A DNA stretch of 20,000 nt from Catajapyx aquilonaris (lineage: Eukaryota). The translations under genes and the position numbers were made by a program. This document shows positions 11,167-20,000 of this stretch, one piece after another. The DNA lies in assembly GCA_000934665.2 (NCBI GenBank), contig JYFJ02000077.1, positions 230,024-250,023 of the forward strand, read 5' to 3'. Below the pieces are notes generated by a model. The model saw nothing but the letters and a program-made list of their open reading frames with translations. It searched no databases and was not told the DNA's origin. Position 1 is the first letter of the stretch, and every line of letters begins with the position of its first letter.

Positions 11167-11983
11167 AGACAGCCCACCGCCCCAATTCATTCCGGAGATT
11201 CTCCGATAAAAGGGCCGGCGTTGTTGCCTGTGAAATAGGGCTCCGGAGAGGCCTCGTCAGTCGGATGGAATTATTCCAGCATCGCTCCCCCACCACCACC
11301 CAACCGCTCAATTCTTGGCCTTTCCAGGAGGAAATTGAGCGATCTATGCACGGGCACTGCCAGGAAATTGCCACCAGCTTTATTTATTGGCAAAAGAAGG
11401 GACGGAAATATTTTGCCTCGGGATTGGGGGAGTGTATTTTTTACGGCTTTCAAATTGATGTTTTGTTCAGAGTTATGCGATGTGAATGCATAATCTGTTG
11501 TGGTGGTGGCGGTTTCTATTTTATGTTTCAGAAAATCGTTGGGAAAGATATACTGGCGGATTTTTTTTGGACAGTTAGGATACAATAGTTTCGCTATTTG
11601 TGATTTTGATTTTACGTAACGTGACATATAGTCTCCGTATTACGTCATAATAATTGAGGTTTAATTAATTACACTTGTTTCAGATGGATCAAGGTGAAAT
11701 GACGTAAAGTGTTATAATGGGAACTGTCAGCTGTTTACGACAGTTGTGTTGCGTATCAGTCTGCTTATACCCCTGTCTAATTCAGCATGATTAGAGAGTT
11801 GTAATTTAAAGCGAAAGTGATTTCAAAAAGCTCCGATTACTAGCATTTGACAAGTATATGTTACGCCATAATAATGCAATATTATTTTCTATCGTACTTG
11901 TATAACGCTTAACATATATCACAAAAATTGTTCCCGAAAAGCCATTTCTGCAAGTTGTCTTAGGTATTGAAGAGCATTTTCAG

Positions 11984-12147
11984 CCCATGCCCGAACCTTC
12001 AAGTGAGCCAAAAGAGAACCGCGAAACCTCTGCCCCACCCCTCGTGTGTACCGGAAAGTATTGGTGTTCCGGGCTCTGTTGGAAGTCCGGAGACGCTCCG
12101 CCAGAGCGAGCGACTCTCCACTTCCCGTCCAACCCGGCCATAGTAAT
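11984..12147 (+). other. Candidate 164-nt exon in a local GC-rich island
   Basis: An acceptor-like TTTTCAG ends at 11983, the frame is open (PMPEPSSEPKENRETSAPP...), and a donor-like AAT|GTATGT starts at 12148. The pyrimidine tract is short and no homology is recognised. Confidence 0.2.
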
Positions 12148-12407
12148 GTATGTATCGGATGCAAAACGTAGGCCATCCCCTGGTTAAAATGCGACTAAAG
12201 TTACGGCGGCGGGCATGAAAATGCCATTATCATGTGCAGCGTTAACGATGTGCAAAAATTTCATGCGCTCTGATTATCGCAGAGTGCACAATTAATGTGA
12301 GGTAATATGGCGTATCCAGTGGGAACAGATCGTAACAAAAAAAATGCGTTTCGGGCCCCGGCACAAAATTCACATTAAAGTGATAACATTCCCGCTAGAT
12401 TCTAGCT

Positions 12408-12437
12408 GATGCAAATGGATGCAAATGGAATGAAAAT
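12408..12437 (+). repeat. 10-bp tandem duplication (GATGCAAATG x2 plus a degenerate third unit) containing two octamer motifs
   Basis: gatgcaaatg gatgcaaatg gaatgaaaat; ATGCAAAT at 12409-12416 and 12419-12426. Confidence 0.7.
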
Positions 12438-12840
12438 CGCCCGACGAACTTTTCCACCTATACAAAGTACAGGACAGATTTTCCCACACACACTCAGATT
12501 GATAATAAAAAAGCACTTGCATGGGTGCCATGACCCTCTATATCCCACCGAATCTCTCTGTATAGCAGCCTAAGGGGAGCTTCCATTACAAAGACAGTGT
12601 TTATCGATGTTTATACCCCCAGAGAGGTGGACTGGACGCTACACTTTCATTGGGGCGAGTTAAATCCATTAATAGCTCATTAATAGCGACGCCTCCGGGT
12701 ACATTAAGCTTGTACCATACATGAAAACTATTGCCGTTGATTTTAAAGGAAATGGGTTGCAACAGATGACAGGATTCACAGCAACTGCTCATAAACACCT
12801 CTCAAGTGATAACTTATTTAAGTAGATCTGCATCGTTCAG

Positions 12841-12877
12841 ATTATTATTAGTTTTTATGATGATGATTATTATTATG
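12841..12877 (+). repeat. Compound (ATT)/(ATG) microsatellite, low-complexity
   Basis: attattatta...atgatgatgattattattatg. Confidence 0.65.
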
Positions 12878-14390
12878 AACAAAAAAAGAACTAGCATAAT
12901 GATTATAATCTCACAGCTGTACATATGTCACTGTCCTCCATATAGGCCGCTAAGCATACTCGGGGGGTTAATACCTAATAATTGCCCACTTTTAAGGCCT
13001 GTACACCAAACTTTGCATTACATCGCGTGCATGCATCTCATCCACCTGTCCCTATATATATACACTCGACCGTTCACAGTTCGTTAGCCCTGTCGGTTAT
13101 ACCACGGATTTTGCCTCCCCATATCCGGAGCCATGGGAAGGAAATCATCTGGTTGCTACGAGCAACCCCAACCGATTGTCAACCCCCGCATACAATTTTT
13201 ATAACCACCCCCACCCCTTCCCATACCACCAGCATTAGTTGCAGGGAAATTCTCCTTGACCTGCTAAAGCCATTGCGGTCAATATAGTAAATCTGGGCAT
13301 TAATCCTCATTTTTCCAGTTGTTTTTGGAGGGTTGTAGTAGCTCGTTAGGTGGCGCTGTGGGCTGAAAACGGACCAAATCTCTCCTTTAACCTTTCCTAG
13401 TCCTGGAGCAAGTGTAAAGGGCGTTTCTCCAATTCTCATCCGTGCTGTTTGCGGAACTCAGACAAAAAGGAATAGTGGTACGCCACTGCACGACCTTTCC
13501 CAGTCAGCAGTCAAATCCGAATCATCAGAATTCTACAAGAAACTTAGGCCTTGTTTCCACAGGGTTAAATGACCTCGCACAAGAAAGCTCACTAATTACC
13601 CCGGGTTATTTCCCTAGGAATTAATTATAAATTATTCCTACGGGCCATATTTTGTGCGCTCGGATCCGCTTTTTCAATGGCCAAGTACTGATTAGGCCGG
13701 AAATTACTTCGGGAAGGTGTTTTGTTACCCCCAGTCCCACCAGGGCTAGTCAGAGACATTACTTGAACTGGATCAAAAATAGTCGGAACAATCGATGCCC
13801 CCCATGTAAGCACACACCTACGAGAGAGTCTGCATGCGAATTTATGTCGCACAGTTATTGCCAGTTGGTGAAATGTTGATTGCACTTCGAGTCCCCAAAT
13901 TGGCGTCTGGAGGCTTTGATCTCGTTTGCTTATCAAAGTTATAGCAGAATGTAGTGTGCTGTATATAGGTTCTCTTTTCATGTTATTACGTAGTGAACAT
14001 TAATATGGGCGAGTTATGCGAGGAATTGATATGTACCGGCTAGATAGAACTTTCCAGGTAGTACGAAGCATTTTAAATCAGATATATCATTTTAAGCAAA
14101 ACGTATTGAATTTAACATACTAGCGAGTGATATTTATATCTAAAGATGCACTTGTTATCATTGCATCAGGTAACACTGCAGGAAGAAATTGGCAGCAAGA
14201 ATGGCATTGTACACAACAAATTGTTGCTTTTTCTCAAATTATGTCTTCAAGCTTAGAAATGACGTGTCGTTGTCACTTATTGAAGCTGGTTATAAACAGG
14301 GAGTATCAAAAATATAAGATCTATTAACATTTCATTGAAGGGAAGTCGACCATTCAGTTCTTGAAGAGCTGAGAATTTACATTGAGAATG

Positions 14391-14430
14391 ACCCATTTGG
14401 AGCCCGTTTCTAACCCATTTGGAACCCATT
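14391..14430 (+). repeat. 11-bp minisatellite, ~3.6 units (consensus ACCCATTTGGA)
   Basis: acccatttgga / gcccgtttcta / acccatttgga / acccatt. Confidence 0.65.
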
Positions 14431-16567
14431 CACATTCGAGGTGAAGGGCTGGACGACTTTCCTGCACTGCAGTGCTTTAAAAGAATTATTTATTCCAGCT
14501 GAATATTATAGCAGCTAATATCTATAACCGCAAAAATTTACTATTATGAAGTTGATTATTTATAATAAGTAGCTTAGAGCAAAGAATTTCTAACACTTCT
14601 ATTTATCACATTCCTTTCGACTGAAAGCTGTATCCATATAAGGACAATAATAATAATTGACATACGAAGCCAATGCAAATATTCATGTTTAAATTATTGC
14701 AGATCCGTATAGGATTCGTATATCTAGGAATCTGAGGTCTGCACTTCATAACATAATGTAAAAGTGTGTACTACTTTGAAGCGAATAGTAAATGCGACTG
14801 AAACATTATATATTCAGAGGAAAATTAAGTGACACCTTCCTTCAGATAATTTTATTGACTTGTCTAACAGAGCAGTTAAACTTATCCGGAATGAAATCAC
14901 TTCCTCAGTAATCTCTTTAGAAAAGCACTTTGGCAGGTGGGTACTCTCAGCTGTATGTGTATTGGCACGAAAGTTGCTCTAATGAGTTGAGTTGGCCTTA
15001 TGTTTCATTATGATTGAAACATATGTTTGAGGTAAATACCTCAGTACCGGGGATGACTTCATGTAGGGGTGTCATATATATGGTATAATGTACACTTTGA
15101 TCAATGATAGTTATCACGGTAATGAGGCGATTGAGACCAAATGATACCTTTGATCAGTTATACCCAGTAGTCCATCCTAGAAGTTTGTCTGAATTATTAT
15201 GTACCACTCGGTTTATAGGTCAGCGATTTCGTAACATTTCCATACAATATTGACATGACGTAAAAAGAAACACACAAGAATATCGCTTACGCCGAAGCTA
15301 TTTCATCAGATTCGCAGAAAAGTATATAAAAATAGCAACCACGATCTAAATCCATCTGGGTCATTCCTTCACCCAGAATATCATCTGACAATTTCCGCGA
15401 AATCCTCGCAACTTCCAGATATAGCCTTATATCCCCGGTACAGCAGCAGCTCCTACTCGCACTATTATCAAAGGCACAATGTAGCTGAGCCAGGCTTTAA
15501 GAAAAGGCACATTACGAAACCAATATCCACCTGCTGCGAATTGCGTCCCGAGTCACCACCCCCTTATTTCCCAGAAAGTGATCATCAATTCACGGGATAT
15601 AATGTGTACACTTGACCTTTCCGCCAGTTCCTTCCGAGAGCCACTCCAGACCAGAGGAAAGCGGTTCTTAATGTACACAAAACCCGACTTTTTCTTCCCC
15701 TTCTTATTATTCGTCTCTAGGACTTTCAGTTAACCACAAATGCTCGTATTTGCATGACGTAACTCGGACATTTGCACGAGTAAAGTGTTACTGTACACAT
15801 TGTAGGCGTGGTTGGCAGAGAAACCTTGTATCTCCGTTGTCAACTAATGACTCTCACCTGATTTCCCAAATGAATTGGAAAAGTGGGAGGGAGTTTATAT
15901 GATGGAGATGGGGGTTCTAGGTTACTTCACCACTTCATTTCATTAGGTGCTTTGAAGAGAATGGGCTAAGGATACACTCGTGTAAAATTGAAGTCTTTGG
16001 CCGAAAAATGGCAGTGCATTTGCAAAATTACCAGTGCCAATTACTGTGGGTGTTGAGGGGTTGTGCAATTATTTAATCGCAAGGCATAATCCGGGGTTAT
16101 GCTGCCAGCAAGGTCTGGTTCAAACGTAATTTTGGTAAAGTGCCACTCGAGATTGAATAGTGTTATTTGACATCTTCGGCGTAATAACGTCACCTTTGAC
16201 CTTTACCTGAGGATCCTGCATGGAAGGGGCATGTAAAGCATTAACGAGATTGAACTGAGGATTGGAATAAGGAAGATTGGCACCGTCTGCAAAAATAGAT
16301 TGTGCCTGCTCCTTAATAAGATTATTATATTCATAGCTATTCAATCTGCAGTTAAATTAAAGACGATTAGCCCCAATCAGTGATCAAACACAAATTACTC
16401 TGGTTTCATACCGCCACGAGCCAAGCCAAATTAATATTTGTGGCAAATATTTCATTGTGCCAGAGGTCATTGAACATGTCTAAAAATATGTGCCAGTGAG
16501 CCCAGAAGGCCACAAGTAATAGACTCCAATCCAGAGGGTCTAATCATGATCCCTTTGAAATTTGAAC

Positions 16568-16589
16568 NNNNNCCCCCCCCCCCCCCCCC
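16568..16589. other. Assembly gap (5 N) adjoining a C17 homopolymer
   Basis: nnnnn at 16568-16572, followed by C at 16573-16589. Confidence 0.95.
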
Positions 16590-16998
16590 AATATTCTTCT
16601 TCATGCCTCGTAATGCCCTTTGATTATCATAATGCTTGCTGGACGGTTACGACAGGCCACGTTCCACCGGATCTCATCATCTCTCCCAAATGGCCAGGGA
16701 TATAGACTCCAGCCTATATCCGCCGGAGGAAGCAACGTAGAAGGAGAATGGTGACCTTCGCCTTCAACATTTTGATGGCCCGCCTTTATCTCATTCCCTT
16801 CCTCCAGAGACCGTTTTCAAGACTTCGGCACTCCACTTTTCTAGAGCTTTTACTTGTCCCGACGAAAATCATATTTTTTAGCCAGGATAAGAGCAGCTTC
16901 CGGGCAGAAATTGAGTGCGGATATGGCTTCTAGCTAGATGTAGAGTATAGTCAGAATTGTCAACTTGTACTGTAGCAGTGATTTGCCAGGATCAGCGT

Positions 16999-17110
16999 TC
17001 CTGAGACCCCTGGTACAGTATACTGTACCTTTGTTTTTTTCCAGCACCTTCTGATTAACTCAAACGCGTAAAAAAATAGGTGATTGAAAGGTGTACTAGG
17101 GGTCTCAGGA
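16999..17110. repeat. Inverted repeat / MITE-like palindromic element
   Basis: Left arm TCCTGAGACCCCTGGTACA (16999-17017) and right arm TGTACTAGGGGTCTCAGGA (17092-17110) are 18/19 complementary. Pairing resumes (CCTTT/AAAGG) after a 10-nt insertion in the left arm. No clear TSD. Confidence 0.75.
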
Positions 17111-19904
17111 GGTTATGTAATTCATCTGCTGTACGTTGTGGACTATTTACACGACTTGAATATTATTAAATTAATGTGGCCATGGTATAGCCTCAGAAAA
17201 AAATGCGGGACCGACTCTCTAGTGTCGAATCTCCGTGCTCTGTTATAATTACGCAAATGGGTCGACGATGGACACGCCCGTTTTTTTTGCATAAAAAACG
17301 TTAAAGGCGAAGAAAACTGTGGAAATATTATTCAAGGAGCTCTGCCGCGTCGTCGGACTTGAAAAGAGAAGATTACTAATCGGATTGTTCTCATTATGAG
17401 GAAGCGGCGGTTTCTTTGATATGCAGAGGAGCAGAGAATTATTACAAGTCTGGAATTGCGTACGTTTGACGAAAAAAAATCTCCATGTCTGCAAATAGAA
17501 GTTTTATTAAAAACCCCTCCGTTAACAGAGCAGGTTCCCTCTTACCTGGTGAGTTTTATGAAAACTCGTATATTTTAAGGGCATCATTTTTTGGCAATAG
17601 TCCTGAATCCGCATTTTTTACATCCAAAAATACCGTTCAACGACCCCTGAAATTCTAAAAATACATCTTTTGTGGTAGACCATCTTTCAGTATCGACCAA
17701 ATAATCAACCTCTTTCTTTGGGGGCAGATTGTGTTTGCAGTTTCATTCCTTTCAACCACAAGCAGACATCCTCCCTTACCCATTGAAAGAAAAATCAGAG
17801 CGAAAGAAGCCACAGCCTCATCCATGAATCACTCTCTTCACAACATGCTGCGTCACGCCTTAGGAGTTTGAAAAGATGAAAAACATATATCATGGCCTGT
17901 TTATTTTCACTCTTCAAATTCATAGCTGAGAGAGTGTCGCCATTACTTCGGTCTCTTTATGTGGGAAATTATTTCAAAGGAAACGCGATTTGTGTATTCA
18001 AATAGTAGTGGTTACGTGAAATGGTGTCTTTAGTTCGGAAATTTTATTGGTAGTTTTAAATATCGAGGGCATCAGAGTGGAAGTTTATGTAGACATGATT
18101 TTTTAATGAATTAAAACGACGCCGTTCCGAAGATATCGTTTCCGGGTTCGGGCTGTGTAATAGCACATTACTCCCATGCAGATGTCAACAATAGGTCATC
18201 AAACGATGCTCTGTGCATTTTGGCGCATATTATGCAATATGCAATTAATAAACTATTCAACAACCCCTCCTATTAGGATATGTCCATCATTATTAATTTC
18301 CATTAATATCTAACCCGCGCAGTAAATTCCCCCACAACTTAGTACAGGCTTCCAAAAGTAGGTCTGTAACCCACAACCACGTGACCTTTTCGCTTGAAAG
18401 ACCCCATTTTTTAAAAGGGTCTTCACATGGCCGAGTGACCAGTTGCAGGCGTTGGCGTTCCCAATAAACTTTTCTCCCGTTTGTTTCGAACAAAAGCTTC
18501 ATCGGTCAGCTCAACAAAACTATTGTATTTCTAGTGAAAGGCGCCCCCCCTCCCCACTAGCCTTACATGTCGACTTTGGAGTTTTGGTGCTACGAAGTTG
18601 ATGCGAAAAGACGCGAACTGGCTCTAATTGGAAATCCCCAGGATCAGGTTTTCCAATTTCGCATCCCTGGCCTAGACCCAAAGGGTAATACTAATCCCCA
18701 CTCTGCTTGACCGTAGGTGGGGCTTGACTCGAGCACAACGACCTTTATGGGTGGGTGGTGATAGTGGAGGTCACTTATATAAAAAGGGCGGTGACAGATC
18801 TTCCGGAGATAGGAAATACCTTGAGGAGTTATTGGATTTGGAGTGAAGAGAGGAAGCGGAATCTCTTGTTTGCTGAAGGACTGGGAATATCTCAGCTGTG
18901 CATAAGAGTTGGTCATATTGATCATTATTTGCATGATGGGAATAAGGCGGGGCTCTAACGTCACATGGAGGTCAGCTCTGCTTAATTAAAGAAATCGCAA
19001 CTATTCTCTGATTACTTCAACAATTTCTATGCACATTTCATTGAAACAGAATGTCTGCCTGATTACCCCCACGTGCCTGTAACTCATAGAAAACCGGCAA
19101 CAAAGCACAATTATACACCGCAAAGTAATATAGCGTGTCCCACATTATCATCTGCAAACGCGCTTATTACCAAACCCATGGCCCACCCTCCAAGGACTCC
19201 CTGTCGTTCCTTTTGACGTAACCCAGCCAGGGAAGATTAATCTCATGGCGACGACGATAAGATGGCGGAATTGGGGTTGGGTGGAAGGGAGGCCTTCATT
19301 TTGGGGTTATATTCTGAGGCCTACTTAGGGATCCAGGGGAGATGAAAAGCTGCATAAATGCTATGGCCGACTCCGGACCTAGCACCGGATTTCCACACAT
19401 CCGACTCATCCGGGCTTTGCTGGGGGATTAGCTCCGCGTCAAGATTTCAACCATTGTGATAATGAGGATTCCGAGAACAATTCTCTCCATAGCAAAGCAG
19501 GACAGAAGCACTTGGAACTGTGCAGGACTGAATTAAGGCGATAATGGTAGCCACTTTAACCGGAATCCTTCACGGCGCGGCGGTGGGTTTGTTGGAATTG
19601 GGCTTCTCAGGAGGGGAGTGTTTGACCCCGTTGCTGTCGTGGGAATTCTGGTCCAGACGGATGGTCGGATCTTCTGCCAAGATAGGGAGGAGGGTGGGTT
19701 GCGTACTTATTAGGATGAAATTTTTCATGGTGGGCAGGATCTTTTTATAATATCACGGTTTTGCTGGATGGTTGGTTATTTGGTAAAGAGACACGTTTTA
19801 ATTTGCGTGATTGGCGTGCTTATTCAATAAATTGTAGGCTAGAGTGCCATAATATTTATTATAATTTGTGGACCTGTCACACCAGCCTTCAGATTTAATA
19901 TTTA

Positions 19905-20000
19905 CTAGCAGGATACCCGGCGTTGCTCGGGTTATGAAAGACTTTTCCATAGGAGTGACTCATTGATTTGGTAGTAACCTTTGCAATAATTATGGCTATA
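19905..20000 (-). mobile_element. 3' terminus of a Helitron (rolling-circle transposon); the rest lies beyond the window
   Basis: The minus strand reads ACCCGAGCAACGCCGGGT ATCCTG CTAG|T. This is a GC-rich hairpin (19915-19932) 6 nt upstream of a terminal CTAG (19905-19908), followed by the target T in an AT-rich flank. Confidence 0.75.

Noticed and set aside
11684..11707. Mini-exon after cttgtttCAG (ATGGATCAAG...)
   Set aside because: The acceptor is plausible, but the nearby donors (GTGAAA, GTAAAG) are weak.
17529..17554. Second microexon candidate ending at CTG|GTGAGT (17549)
   Set aside because: The donor is strong, but the pyrimidine tract is weak and there are three competing AGs. The first AG gives a 20-nt, non-frame-preserving exon.
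290..19750. The 60-142 aa ORFs in the supplied six-frame track as stand-alone genes
   Set aside because: They are short, overlap on both strands, often start at non-ATG codons and have no recognisable domains. This is what non-coding DNA of this composition yields by chance.
1..20000. CRISPR array, retron, operon or other prokaryotic defence system
   Set aside because: There are no regularly spaced direct repeats with unique spacers, no long ORFs and no gene-dense organisation. The SINE, Helitron and splice signals indicate a eukaryotic genome.

Overview
This is eukaryotic, almost certainly animal, genomic DNA. GC is roughly 40-43% by eye, CpG is not obviously depleted (suggesting an invertebrate), and there is one 5-N assembly gap. 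None of the ORF-track ORFs resembles a recognisable protein, and I see no prokaryotic operon, rRNA, CRISPR array or intact transposase. The window reads as a long intron or intergenic region. The best-supported features are: (1) a ~320-bp tRNA-derived SINE on the minus strand with a short A-tail and a perfect 10-bp target-site duplication; (2) a canonical Helitron 3' terminus (hairpin + CTAG|T) at the right edge; (3) a ~110-bp inverted repeat whose left arm carries two apparent Tc1/mariner-type excision footprints, part of a window-wide excess of TACAGTA/TACTGTA; and (4) an 18-nt frame-preserving candidate microexon with the upstream architecture typical of Srrm234/eMIC-dependent neural microexons. 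Weaker signals are two further candidate exons, a possible decayed coding segment with a 53-nt intron, and recurrent bZIP, octamer and CSL motifs. All counts were made by hand and need computational confirmation.
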